From contig CAVSBO010000003.1 in NCBI GenBank assembly GCA_963726195.1, forward strand, positions 672,001 to 736,000: a DNA stretch of 64,000 nt, read 5' to 3'. A model generated the notes under the pieces. It was not told the DNA's origin. It saw only the letters and a list, made by a program, of their open reading frames with translations, and searched no databases. Positions 53,428 to 63,384 of this stretch are shown in pieces (the stretch's first letter is position 1; each line of letters opens with the position of its first letter). The translations under genes and the position numbers were made by a program. The stretch is from Candidatus Thorarchaeota archaeon (GTDB lineage: Archaea > Asgardarchaeota > Thorarchaeia > Thorarchaeales > Thorarchaeaceae).

Positions 53428-54387
53428 CTAGGATGTTGTACGCCAGATCCCTTCAGGACTGACCTTGGCAAGGCTAGCCTTCTCCAAGTCGCGGAGTGCA
53501 ACTTCGATTGTCGTAGGAAGAAGAGCACTCAGTCCTTGAGGGACAGGCACAGTCCGGCTTTGCTCCATATCAAACGCGAGCTGTTCAATGTCAGCCTCAC
53601 CCCGAGCCGACAGATCGTCGAGCACGCAGTCGAGAAACTGCACGACGCCCTCTTTGACTTCATCCAGCTGTGGTTTTGCGTCTTCCATGACATGGGGAAC
53701 ATCATGGCTTGGAAGCACGTAATCAATTTCCATGGATGAGAGCCGCTCTATTGAGGAGAGCTTCGTGGTAAGACTACCGCTGAGATCTACATAGAACTTG
53801 CGCGGCTCGTTCGGGAAATTATTCACCTCATCTCCCGAGAATAGCAGCTTTCTCTCAGAATCATAGAAGGCGCAGTGTCCTGCAGAATGACCCCCGGTAT
53901 GAATCACGCTGAGAGTCACCTGACCTACCTTCACTTGGTCACCTTGGCTCAGAACTCTGTCAGGTTTCTGCCCGACGTAGTTGACCTTGAGCGGGCTTTG
54001 GTCAACTTTCATGGCAAGGCGACCCGCAAGATTCAGCCTTAGCCTTTCCCGAACGAACGTGCTTGGCCTTTCAAGGAGGTCCTTGTCTCTGCTGTGAATC
54101 ATCACTGGAGCACCGGTTGCTCTTCTTAGCCGGGATGCACCCCCGATGTGGTCAGGATGACCATGGGTGCATAAGATGCCCACCAAGGATCGCTTCGGTT
54201 TCAGACCTAATGATGCAATCGCCTTGAGAATGTTTTCGCCCGGATCTGCATAGGTTCCCGCATCGATAATGAGGGCCTCTTGGCCATCGACAACCAAGTA
54301 GCTTGATATGAAGCCAAATTGGGAATCAAACCTGCCTCTTATGGAATAGATACCGGGGATTATTTCTGAAAAGAGCATCTCAGCCAA
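53428..54387 (-). CDS. Metallo-beta-lactamase-fold hydrolase with C-terminal winged-helix-like region
   Basis: IIDAG, THGHPDHIGG, GHSAGH, LFSGD, LPSHD. Confidence 0.9.
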   Translation of the reverse strand: MAEMLFSEIIPGIYSIRGRFDSQFGFISSYLVVDGQEALIIDAGTYADPGENILKAIASLGLKPKRSLVGILCTHGHPDHIGGASRLRRATGAPVMIHSRDKDLLERPSTFVRERLRLNLAGRLAMKVDQSPLKVNYVGQKPDRVLSQGDQVKVGQVTLSVIHTGGHSAGHCAFYDSERKLLFSGDEVNNFPNEPRKFYVDLSGSLTTKLSSIERLSSMEIDYVLPSHDVPHVMEDAKPQLDEVKEGVVQFLDCVLDDLSARGEADIEQLAFDMEQSRTVPVPQGLSALLPTTIEVALRDLEKASLAKVSPEGIWRTTS

Positions 54388-54519
54388 GGACAGGCAACCT
54401 CGGCCTTATGACAATTTCGCGAGATAAAACACAGCCAATCTAGGACGTACAGCCGCTTATCACAGGTAGCAAGCATTAAATGCTCGTGACTTCGCACGTC
54501 TTGCTCAGAGGATTCTGGA

Positions 54520-54741
54520 ATGCCGAACTGGAGGAACATCTTTCAGGAGATGAAGAGTAACGGGCAGGTGTTTACAGTCTACCTGCGTTATATGCAGAAA
54601 GATACACTAGCCAAGATACCGAATGTGCGTGTCAGCGAGGTCTATGATGACCACGTAAAGCTCGAGAACGCTTCCGGATACGGCATTCTCGGGTTCGATG
54701 ACGTACTCTACATCTCTATTGCGCGGCAAAGCGGCACATGA
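54520..54741 (+). CDS. Small protein (73 aa), possibly Sm/Hfq-like fold
   Basis: N-terminal helix then beta pattern FTVYL..VSEVYDDHVKL..GILGFDDVLYISI; GAGG RBS and ATTAAA box upstream. Confidence 0.65.
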   Translation: MPNWRNIFQEMKSNGQVFTVYLRYMQKDTLAKIPNVRVSEVYDDHVKLENASGYGILGFDDVLYISIARQSGT

Positions 54742-54845
54742 GCATATACCGCAGTCTTCAGAAGAAGTTCGTCTATCAAATCGCGGCAGACAATGTGAGT
54801 TATGCCGAATTGGGAAATGATGTTAGCTTGCGTGCCAGTCCACTT

Positions 54846-54886
54846 GAAAAGAAAAGGGAGTGGCTAGGAATCACAATCCCTAGCCA
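54846..54886 (-). terminator. Hairpin plus T-rich tract after the Vgb-like gene
   Basis: TGGCTAGG...CCTAGCCA stem followed on the minus strand by CTCCCTTTTCTTTTC. Confidence 0.6.
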
Positions 54887-54894
54887 CAAAGACA

Positions 54895-57111
54895 CTATTT
54901 TCCACCTTTACGCATCAAGCGGATGATGAGCATCAACACAATGCCCGCCACAAACCCGCCGGCCAAAAAGGCCACGTCTGTCATTGTAATCGGCGGCTGC
55001 ACGGTGGTCGTAGTCGTAGTGCTAGCAACAACATCCACTTCTATCCAAAGCATCCCGGTTGTAGTCCCATTGATCATGCCCGTGACTTCGATCACAGCAC
55101 GCATGCCAGTCTTTGCAGACGAAGGCACTACGATCGTGAGGTTCAACAGACGAGACTTGCCCTGTCCCAGATTGAAACCATTAGGTGAAATGCTGGCAGT
55201 CCACCCATCTGGAACACCAGACAAAGACAGACTGAGGTAGCCTGTACTATTGAGATGGTTCGTAGCCCAAACCGGCAAGTAGATTGCTGTGGGAACGCCT
55301 GCGATAACCGTGTATATTTCGAAGTTGCGGTAGGCAACATTGTCGTACAGGTCCACATCGCCCGTGGCGACCGCTTGCACACCGATGCAAAAGTGGTCTG
55401 GTACCGTTGATGTAATCGTCCAGTTGACGTACACATCCGTTGAGAGACTGGGCGCCAATGATGCTATTGTCGTGCTACCTATCGGAATCCAAACTGAAGA
55501 CAGAGGAGTCGATGGTGGCAAGGGGATGAATTGTGCGAACGACACTGACATGTTGTGGTAGTAGAACTTGACCACAACATCAGTAGCCGTGGAGATGCCC
55601 AAGTTCGTCACTCGAGCATAGAGATGGTTCAGAACCCCTCTCTCTGGCACATCATGATGAGCAGAGCTGTAGCCATTGCTTGGTGCGTCGATCCATATCT
55701 CAGCGCCGGGCTCAGCAGTCCAACGGATGGAGCCAGGGACCGGAGGAGGATACTGCGACGCGATAGACGGTGCCACTCGAACATCGACATAGGTGCCGGT
55801 GAATAGCTCACCAACCTTGCCGCCCGTAAACTCTGTGAACCAGACATGAGTAGCCGGAAAAGGAGGCATGGAGGTCCGCGGCACGGTGAGGTAGAGCGGA
55901 TGGGAATTGGTTGTCGGAACCGTGAACTCGAGTGTCTTGTTCGATGGCGGTAGAATCAGCCCGATTTGATTTCCAGTGTACTCGGCATACCATGCACTAT
56001 CGTTGGTATCGATATCAATTCCCCAAGGTCCTGAAGGTGATGAAGGAACATTCCATACGTTCAACGGATCACCTATCACTTGGGGAGGAGTGCTGTATTC
56101 CTTGGGTCTAACAGGGGTCAGCTGAATCTGGATTCCTATCGACTTTGGGTCAACGATATTCTTGTCATCCACCAGTGTTCTTTGGATGGAGGTTATGCTT
56201 CCAGTTTTCTTGTAATTGCTTCCGGCGAGCTGCTCATTCACAAGGTCATTCGTGGGCTGAGTAACCCACACGTCTTGCTTGCTATCTAGAGCAAGTGCCA
56301 AACTGGAGCCACCAGCCACGAGTGGGTAGACAGAAGCACCCGCTCCAGGGTTGTTGAACTGAACCCTGTAGAGATAGTCAAGACGCAAGTCTGTCATGTA
56401 GAAACTCGCCCCGCTTGGCTTCATTTCTGCAAGACCAACGGGTAGGGGCCCGCCAGTGGCGCCCAGCACTACTAAGTTGTAGATGATTAGGAAACCGTTG
56501 AGGGGGTTCATCTCACAGAACTTAGATGAATTGAGCCCAGTGAACCAGATGTGACCGGTTGCCGGATCCATAAGCAAATCCCAAGGGTGAATGTTAAGGT
56601 TCCGCAGGATAGTCCAGTCCGTGAGTAGATTCGTTGTCCAGTTGAGGCGGCTAATCTGCATGCTGACGTAATCGGTGAACCAGACGCAGGTATGAGCATC
56701 ATCAACAATGATGTGGGCCGGACCACGCGTCATGTTCTGAGTGAGAGGCAGTTGCCACTTTAGCGCTACAGTAGACGTTTGGTTGATTGCCGTCGCCGGT
56801 GTCAGACGATAGACCCTGCTATTGAAGATGTCAGTGAACCAAATGAAACCATTGGCATCATAGGTTATGGCCGTCGGGTAGCTCGGACCTGCTGACGGCA
56901 CATAAGTCGTGGCGGGACTACCTACGGGTAGAACGTATTCCCGCATCAATGCACTTGATCCGGACCAGTCCGCAAGTGCGTGATAACCAATTGGCTCAGT
57001 CATTGTTTGTGTGACACTGTTTGATTGCGGGAGCGTCGTCTGTGCGAAGGCTGTGAAAGAAGCAACCAAGAAGACTACAACTAGAGACACTACTATGTTC
57101 TTGTTTGCCAT
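54895..57111 (-). CDS. Secreted, membrane-anchored Vgb/NHL-like beta-propeller plus Ig-like (CARDB/NEW3-like) protein
   Basis: Signal peptide, repeated P..I..D..G.IWFT units, Ig-like region, Thr linker, C-terminal TM with basic tail. Confidence 0.8.
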   Translation of the reverse strand: MANKNIVVSLVVVFLVASFTAFAQTTLPQSNSVTQTMTEPIGYHALADWSGSSALMREYVLPVGSPATTYVPSAGPSYPTAITYDANGFIWFTDIFNSRVYRLTPATAINQTSTVALKWQLPLTQNMTRGPAHIIVDDAHTCVWFTDYVSMQISRLNWTTNLLTDWTILRNLNIHPWDLLMDPATGHIWFTGLNSSKFCEMNPLNGFLIIYNLVVLGATGGPLPVGLAEMKPSGASFYMTDLRLDYLYRVQFNNPGAGASVYPLVAGGSSLALALDSKQDVWVTQPTNDLVNEQLAGSNYKKTGSITSIQRTLVDDKNIVDPKSIGIQIQLTPVRPKEYSTPPQVIGDPLNVWNVPSSPSGPWGIDIDTNDSAWYAEYTGNQIGLILPPSNKTLEFTVPTTNSHPLYLTVPRTSMPPFPATHVWFTEFTGGKVGELFTGTYVDVRVAPSIASQYPPPVPGSIRWTAEPGAEIWIDAPSNGYSSAHHDVPERGVLNHLYARVTNLGISTATDVVVKFYYHNMSVSFAQFIPLPPSTPLSSVWIPIGSTTIASLAPSLSTDVYVNWTITSTVPDHFCIGVQAVATGDVDLYDNVAYRNFEIYTVIAGVPTAIYLPVWATNHLNSTGYLSLSLSGVPDGWTASISPNGFNLGQGKSRLLNLTIVVPSSAKTGMRAVIEVTGMINGTTTGMLWIEVDVVASTTTTTTVQPPITMTDVAFLAGGFVAGIVLMLIIRLMRKGGK

Positions 57112-57201
57112 TAATCTAAATCTCTCCCTGATGGCATGCTTAGAATGCCTGTTTTTACATACAGACATCTCTCTATATCCTATTCGGTCGACATTGACAT
57201 G

Positions 57202-59118
57202 CTAGTTGCGTGAAAGACTGGCTCGAGTCCATTCCAAGGACAATCTCCGTAATGTGTCGTCCGTAGGAAGTCCGTTTTCTAGGTTCCATCCGCGCAATCT
57301 ATAGTAGTCGTTCAACATAGGTTCCAAGTTCACGCGCTGCCCCTTTCCCGGACCCTCAGGCATTGCCTCGTCTGTGAATCTACTTGGTAGCCGGTCATCC
57401 TTGCGGCCGATGCCTTCTCGTGCATTGAAGAGACGCTTCAATGTGACCTGACGTTCCGCGATTCTCTGTAGCTCACCCGTCGATCCGAGAGACTCAACAC
57501 CAGTTGCGACCGGTAGGACTTGTGCAAAGTCCTCGAGCCAGAATATCGGAGGCCATGATACACTGTACCAGCAGACTATCATTGAATCTCGTATGCAATA
57601 CACATTCTCGGTCTCTACGACGGCTGCAGCTTTATACTTCTCTGTGTAGGGGTCGACTATCTCAGGAAGCTTGTCACGACCCCATCTCTTGGCGGCCACT
57701 TCTTGGTAACCCAACTGGTCGACGGTCACAAGGCTCCGGAGGTGATCAGCCCCGCGTGCCCCAGTGGCATGAGAGAGACCAATACTTCTGTGAGTACGCC
57801 CATCTTGGCCCGAAACCTCCAATCCCTTCACCTGAATGGCATACCTTTCGCTCCCTCTGCCAATTCTACGGGCAGCCGCTCTGCTTCCTCCTGCCAAAAG
57901 CTCACCGAAGCCCTCCTTGTTGGCAATCATCTCTAGCAGACGCAGAGCCTGTTCACTGTTGCCCCATTCCAGCTTCATCCCATCTGTTATGCTCTCATCG
58001 ATAGCACCATTCTCGAAGGCTTCGATTGCAAACGCAATTGTCGCTCCCGTCGATATCATGTCGAGCCCTAGCTGATTGCAGAGCAGGTTGGCCTTCAAAG
58101 CGGTTGGAAAATCTGCGATGCCTAACAGACTGCCGAACGACATGAGGCCCTCATATTCGGGTCCTTCTCCGTATGTCCCTGCGTAGGGGCCATCACGAAC
58201 GTAGTTCACCTTCTTACAGCCCAGGCTGCATCCGAAACAAGCTCTGTCCGAGACTGTATACCTTGGTCGTATGTACTCGCCGCTCAGCTTCTCCCAGCCC
58301 TGGAACACGCCAGTACGATGGTTGTACGAGGGCAACTCCCCGATGGTCTGCTTTACTGAAGTCAGAATCCACGTTCCCCACTTGTGCATCTCCTGAGCCT
58401 GAGGATTCTGCCGAACTCGACGGTGGGCATCTTGTGCTAGCTTGACAAATGCATCATGATTGCTGACCTCGACTGACTGATGACCCCTAACAGCAATGGC
58501 TTTCACATTCTTTGAGCCTAGGACCGCGCCCATACCAGTCCTTCCTGCCGCCCGCGCGTTGTTGACAATGACCGATGCAAACCGCACAAGGCGTTCGCCC
58601 GCAGGCCCAATGGCCGCGACTTGGATGTCCGGATCCGCATGCTTCCTTCTGATTGCCGCCGTAACTTCGTTCGTTCTCAAGCCCCAGAACTCGGTGGCTC
58701 CCACCAACTGCAAATCCGAATCCTCAACGAGTATGTAAACTGGTTCCTCCGACTTTCCTTCAACAACGAGAACATCGTAACCAGCATACTTGAGTTCAGG
58801 TCCCAAGAACCCGCCGACGTGGCTCTCACCCCAGATTCCAGTAAGTGGTGACTTTGACACGAACACTGTCCGACCGCTCATTGGCCATAATGTGCCAGTC
58901 ACCGGGCCCGTGGCAATTATGAGCTTATTCGCCTCGCCAAGAGGATTTGTTCGCGGACCCACCTCCTCGAAGAGTATTCTTGCAGCGAAACCGTCGCCGC
59001 CTATGTAGTCACGGACCCAATCTGTTGATAGGGGTTCCGCACGAAAACTGCCCTTGGTCAGGTTCACTCTCAGGGTCTTCCCAGCATAGCCTCCGAGGCG
59101 CAACCTACTCCTCTCCAC
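57202..59118 (-). CDS. aor: Tungsten-dependent aldehyde:ferredoxin oxidoreductase
   Basis: KSPLTG, AIGPAGE, GRTGMGAVLGSKNVKA, CFGCSLGC, GPEYE, GLDMISTG, RGADH, YYRLRGW. Confidence 0.95.
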   Translation of the reverse strand: MERSRLRLGGYAGKTLRVNLTKGSFRAEPLSTDWVRDYIGGDGFAARILFEEVGPRTNPLGEANKLIIATGPVTGTLWPMSGRTVFVSKSPLTGIWGESHVGGFLGPELKYAGYDVLVVEGKSEEPVYILVEDSDLQLVGATEFWGLRTNEVTAAIRRKHADPDIQVAAIGPAGERLVRFASVIVNNARAAGRTGMGAVLGSKNVKAIAVRGHQSVEVSNHDAFVKLAQDAHRRVRQNPQAQEMHKWGTWILTSVKQTIGELPSYNHRTGVFQGWEKLSGEYIRPRYTVSDRACFGCSLGCKKVNYVRDGPYAGTYGEGPEYEGLMSFGSLLGIADFPTALKANLLCNQLGLDMISTGATIAFAIEAFENGAIDESITDGMKLEWGNSEQALRLLEMIANKEGFGELLAGGSRAAARRIGRGSERYAIQVKGLEVSGQDGRTHRSIGLSHATGARGADHLRSLVTVDQLGYQEVAAKRWGRDKLPEIVDPYTEKYKAAAVVETENVYCIRDSMIVCWYSVSWPPIFWLEDFAQVLPVATGVESLGSTGELQRIAERQVTLKRLFNAREGIGRKDDRLPSRFTDEAMPEGPGKGQRVNLEPMLNDYYRLRGWNLENGLPTDDTLRRLSLEWTRASLSRN

Positions 59119-59620
59119 CCGATTGTTTCGCTATGGCGGTTCTCTCTATTTCCTTGAGATAGTTCGCTATCTTACCATGCCGGCTTCGTACGGCCGATTG
59201 CGCAATCGAGCCATACTGTATGGCTCCAGTCGGACAAGCCTTGGCGCACTCAGGATCGCCGCCGCAATGGTCGCACTTTATTACTCGCATCCTTGAGATG
59301 TCGAGTTTAATCACGCCATTGACACAGACCCCGGCACACGACTTACATAGAATGCATTTGTCCTCGTCTAGATAGGTCATCTTCGATATGGGGTCACGGC
59401 GCATTGCATAGACTGGACAGACATCAACGCAAGGGGCCTCCTCACATGGACCACACACGTTGGGAATGTCCATTCCAAGGTCATCGTAACGGACTATCTT
59501 CAGGCGTGCGAGAGCCGGGTTGAACAGACCTTCCTTTTTCGAGCTACAAGCTCACTCGCAGATTCTACAGCCCGTGCACTTTGTGTAGTCGACGGTCAGT
59601 TGCGCAGGCAGATTCAACAC
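59105..59620 (-). CDS. 4x[4Fe-4S] ferredoxin-like subunit (DmsB/AorA type) with in-frame TGA at 59552-59554
   Basis: Frame extends upstream to ..KCTGCRICE*ACS..; then CGPCEEAPCVDVCP, CILCKSCAGVC, CDHC..CAKACP. Confidence 0.88.
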
Positions 59621-59681
59621 CTCTTCACCATCCGACGCTCGTGCTTAGAAGCATCTCGGCAAGCGTGTCTTGGGTAGTGAA

Positions 59682-60746
59682 TCACAGACTGACGACCCAA
59701 CCATATTTGTCCTTTCCCTCGCCACATTGAAGGGCAGTGAGTTCGTCATACAGCTTCCGGGTCAACTCACCGGTCTTGCCACCAGATACAACATACGACT
59801 TGCCCTGATACACAAGCTCCCCAATAGGAGCAATAATCGCCGCAGTGCCAGCGCCGAACACCTCTTTGACTTTGCCTGACTTGGTTCCTTCGATAATCTC
59901 ATCAATAGAAATGCGGCGCTCGTTTACAGTGAGTTTCCAGTCCCTCGCTATTCGAACTACTGAATCTCGCGTAATGCCGGGCAGTATTGTGCCGTCAAGA
60001 GGTTGGGTCGCCAGCTCCTTGTCGAACTTGACAAACACGTTCATGGTGCTTGTCTCTTCGATATACTTGCGTTCAATGGCATCGAGCCACAGTACCTGAG
60101 AACAACCGGCATCCGAAGCCTCTTTGCCTCCCAAGAGACTGGCGGCGTAGTTGCCCATCGTTTTTGAGAATCCTACTCCTCCCCGCACAGCCCTCACATA
60201 CGTGTCTGAGACCATGATCTTCAGCGGGTTGAAGCCCTCCGGAAAATACGGTCCAACTGGTCCCACAATTACATAGAACAGATACTCCAGAGCTGCTCTT
60301 ACGCCGAGTTTGGGCTCAACTGCTATCATTGTCGGCCTGATGTATAGCGATGTTCCGGGCAGTTCCGGAATCCAGTCCTTTTCGGTTTTCACTAGCTCTT
60401 TCAAGCACTCGAGCACGAAGTCAACGTCAACTTCGGGCATTACCATTCTCTTGGCCGAAGCGTTCAGGCGCACGATGTTGTCCCGAGGACGAAATAGATA
60501 GACCTTCCCTGCCCTGCGATAAGCCTTGAGACCTTCGAACACGCCCTGCCCATAATGAAGAACCATTGCAGCAGGGTCGAGCGAAAGTGGTTGGTAGGGG
60601 CCAATCTGAGGGTCTGACCATTGCCCGTTTCTATAACGCATTGTGAACATGTGATCTGTGAAGGTTGACCCGAAAGGAAGCTTGAGAGGATCCTTGGGCT
60701 TTGGCTTCCGCCTTGCGGGCGGTACGAGGTCTGTCTTCAGATTCAT
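59682..60746 (-). CDS. ilvE: Branched-chain amino-acid aminotransferase
   Basis: FTDHM, LHYGQGVFEGLKAY, LYIRP, KTMGNYA, ILPGITRDS, GTAA. Confidence 0.95.
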   Translation of the reverse strand: MNLKTDLVPPARRKPKPKDPLKLPFGSTFTDHMFTMRYRNGQWSDPQIGPYQPLSLDPAAMVLHYGQGVFEGLKAYRRAGKVYLFRPRDNIVRLNASAKRMVMPEVDVDFVLECLKELVKTEKDWIPELPGTSLYIRPTMIAVEPKLGVRAALEYLFYVIVGPVGPYFPEGFNPLKIMVSDTYVRAVRGGVGFSKTMGNYAASLLGGKEASDAGCSQVLWLDAIERKYIEETSTMNVFVKFDKELATQPLDGTILPGITRDSVVRIARDWKLTVNERRISIDEIIEGTKSGKVKEVFGAGTAAIIAPIGELVYQGKSYVVSGGKTGELTRKLYDELTALQCGEGKDKYGWVVSL

Positions 60747-60924
60747 GTCTTCACGACGGCTCAAGTCCTGCTGGCGCCTCACGTTATAGTTTTCGGTGAA
60801 ATGCCATCAAGGTTCCCTCAAGTGGATACCAGTCTGTATTACTTTCCTCGGAAAAAGCTTAAGTCGGTCCAATTGGTGAAAGCTTGATAGGACAATCGTG
60901 TTGATAGACAAGGACGTGTAGCTG

Positions 60925-61536
60925 ATGAGTCATGGTCCAGGACCTCAGGGGGGCAGCGATGACTACCTACAGCTAGACCCGAGAGAGGTCCTAACGCAGT
61001 ACAGTGTTGAGTGGACTGCTCTTCGTGCATCGTACGAAGAAGTCAAGGGGAAGCTCGAGCAAATGCAAACGGCTCTGGCGGAACTGGACCAGAAGCTCGC
61101 GAAGAAGGAGATAACCGAGCAGGAGCACATCCAGCAGTATAAGGAGATGTGGCAGCGTTCGACTCAGATAATCGGAGTCAAGCGAGAACTCGAAGCCAGG
61201 TTATACGAGCTTCAACAAGAGATTAGAGTCGCCAACAAGAAGCTCAAAGAATGGGAAGCCGAGAGAGTAAGACGCCAGCATAGGGAAGAAGAAAGAAGTG
61301 CCGCCATGATTGAGTGGATGTCACTAAAACAGGGCTTCGAACTCGTCGTCAACAGGCGCAACGAGTTAGCTGCTCAGATGGACAAGACTGAAGCTCAGCG
61401 AAGAGCCGGCAAGATATCGGAAGCTAATTACCGATTGGCTCTCATGTCCCAATTCCGGCAACTCGCTGAGTTGAGAACTCTGGAGACCGACGTCGAAACA
61501 CGGCTTGCGGAACTTCTCGAAATCATACGAAGATGA
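60925..61536 (+). CDS. Coiled-coil hypothetical protein with two (G/K)xI(S/T)ExE/Y hairpin motifs
   Basis: All-helical heptads; AKKEITEQEH and RAGKISEANY. Confidence 0.8.
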   Translation: MSHGPGPQGGSDDYLQLDPREVLTQYSVEWTALRASYEEVKGKLEQMQTALAELDQKLAKKEITEQEHIQQYKEMWQRSTQIIGVKRELEARLYELQQEIRVANKKLKEWEAERVRRQHREEERSAAMIEWMSLKQGFELVVNRRNELAAQMDKTEAQRRAGKISEANYRLALMSQFRQLAELRTLETDVETRLAELLEIIRR

Positions 61537-61848
61537 CATGGGCGGCTCCCTCTACGCATCATAGTTGACGTTCCGTTGTGGTTTTTTGTCTAGGAAACTG
61601 GATTCGTGTAACGGACAGCCCATCTCATTCTGGGACGCGCGGCAAACGCAATGAGCAGAGACTGCGTTCCGACTATTGCACAATTCGCACTTGCCGCGAT
61701 TTGCGATTATGAGTGCGACTTCAAGAATGCTGAGATTGCCCACCAAGTCCCACGCTCCGGTTCTGACACAAACAGCGAGGAGCACGTAGGAAAGCGTTTA
61801 ATACCAAATCGAATGGATTTCACCACAAAAACCGCAGGACGGGTAACT

Positions 61849-63111
61849 ATGTCAAATCCTGAATCCAATCCTTGGGAGAACGTTCTAACGCAGCTACACC
61901 TTGCAGCTGAAGCGATTAAGCTAGACGAGAATATACTAAAGATTCTCGAGAAGCCGGATAAGATTCTGATAACCTATTTCCCAGTTATCATGGACGACGG
62001 CCATCTTGAAATCTTTGAAGGTTACAGAGTACAGCACTCACATCATCGAGGACCATGCAAAGGCGGAATCCGATACGCGCCTGACCTCAGCCTCGATGAA
62101 GTGAAAGCCCTAGCCGCATTGATGACTTGGAAGACTGCTGTGGTCAACATTCCATTCGGCGGGGCCAAGGGCGGTGTCGTATGCGACCCGTGGAAGCTCA
62201 GTTCCGCTGAGCTGAAGAAAATGACGCGAAGATTCACTTACAGTCTGATTGGCATGATTGGGCCAGAATCAGACATACCTGCTCCCGACGTGAACACGAA
62301 CCCGGAGGTTATGTCGTGGATGCTGGACACATATTCCATGTGGACTGGTCACACCGAGCTCAGCGTTGTCACAGGCAAACCAGTCGAAATCGGTGGCAGC
62401 GTTGGCAGAACCGAAGCTACCGGAAGAGGGCTGTTCTATGTGATGGAGGAAGCCTTGAGACAGAAAGGTCGCAGTACTAGAGGGCTGCAAGTTGCTGTGC
62501 AAGGCTTCGGCAATGTGGGCAGCTACTTCTGTAAATTCGCTCATCAAGGCGGCTTCAAGGTCGTAGCTGTAGCAGATGCCTTCGGCGGCGTCTACGATCA
62601 ACATGGGCTTGATATCCCCAAGCTGATCGACTACGCATCCAAGCAACCGAAGAAGTCGGTGGATGGTTTTCCGGGCGCAGACACCATAACCAACAAAGAC
62701 CTCTTCGAACTGGATGTGCCCATTATCGCGCCATGTGCTATGGGCGATGCGATTACAAAGGACAATGCAGACTCCATTCAGGCTTCCATGATAGTTGAAG
62801 GGGCCAACGGTCCCACTACTCCTGAAGCCGACGCTATTCTGGCAGAAAAAGGAGCGACAGTAGTACCGGACGTACTTGCAAACGCAGGCGGTGTTACTGT
62901 GAGTGACTTCGAATGGGTTCAGGGACTGCAACACTTCTTCTGGAATGAGCAGCAGGTTAGCCAAGCGCTTCGAGACATCCTAGTCAAATCGTTTGACGAG
63001 GTCAACAAGACTGCATCGGAGTACAACATCAGAAGTCTTCGGACTGCAGCGCTCGCATTGGCAGTGAAAAGAGTCGCTAGGGCAATTGAGCTCAGAGGCA
63101 TATTCCCGTAG
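61849..63111 (+). CDS. gdhA: Glutamate dehydrogenase (Glu/Leu/Phe/Val family)
   Basis: GPCKGGIRY, MTWK, GGAKGG, DIPAPDV, QGFGNVG, EGANGP, NAGGVTVS. Confidence 0.95.
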   Translation: MSNPESNPWENVLTQLHLAAEAIKLDENILKILEKPDKILITYFPVIMDDGHLEIFEGYRVQHSHHRGPCKGGIRYAPDLSLDEVKALAALMTWKTAVVNIPFGGAKGGVVCDPWKLSSAELKKMTRRFTYSLIGMIGPESDIPAPDVNTNPEVMSWMLDTYSMWTGHTELSVVTGKPVEIGGSVGRTEATGRGLFYVMEEALRQKGRSTRGLQVAVQGFGNVGSYFCKFAHQGGFKVVAVADAFGGVYDQHGLDIPKLIDYASKQPKKSVDGFPGADTITNKDLFELDVPIIAPCAMGDAITKDNADSIQASMIVEGANGPTTPEADAILAEKGATVVPDVLANAGGVTVSDFEWVQGLQHFFWNEQQVSQALRDILVKSFDEVNKTASEYNIRSLRTAALALAVKRVARAIELRGIFP

Positions 63112-63134
63112 TAGTCTAACGGTTGTTTTTCCGA

Positions 63135-63169
63135 CCGAAGGAGATACCTCATCACGAGGGCTCCTTCGG
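63135..63169. terminator. Hairpin between convergent GDH genes
   Basis: CCGAAGGAG...CTCCTTCGG with inner CCTC/GAGG, preceded by a T-run. Confidence 0.45.
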
Positions 63170-63384
63170 CCTCAGCCAATGCAATCTGGCCAGTGGCAAA
63201 TGGGAATGCTAGAGCCATCATGCGCAACTCTCTCTCCTCGTTCGAGCCCCGTAGCTTAGCGAGTACATGTGATCATCCTGACTGCACGTATAATCCAGTC
63301 TTACCACCTCATAATCTATGTCGAATGTATAGAAGAAGTGGGGGACCACCCAGATGGATGATCCTCCGAGTACCCTATGGAACT

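Noticed and set aside
59552-59554. Selenocysteine codon in the ferredoxin-like subunit
   Set aside because: The TGA falls at a non-ligand position (CxxCxxCE*AC; all four Cys present) and overlaps AGCT like the other apparent errors.
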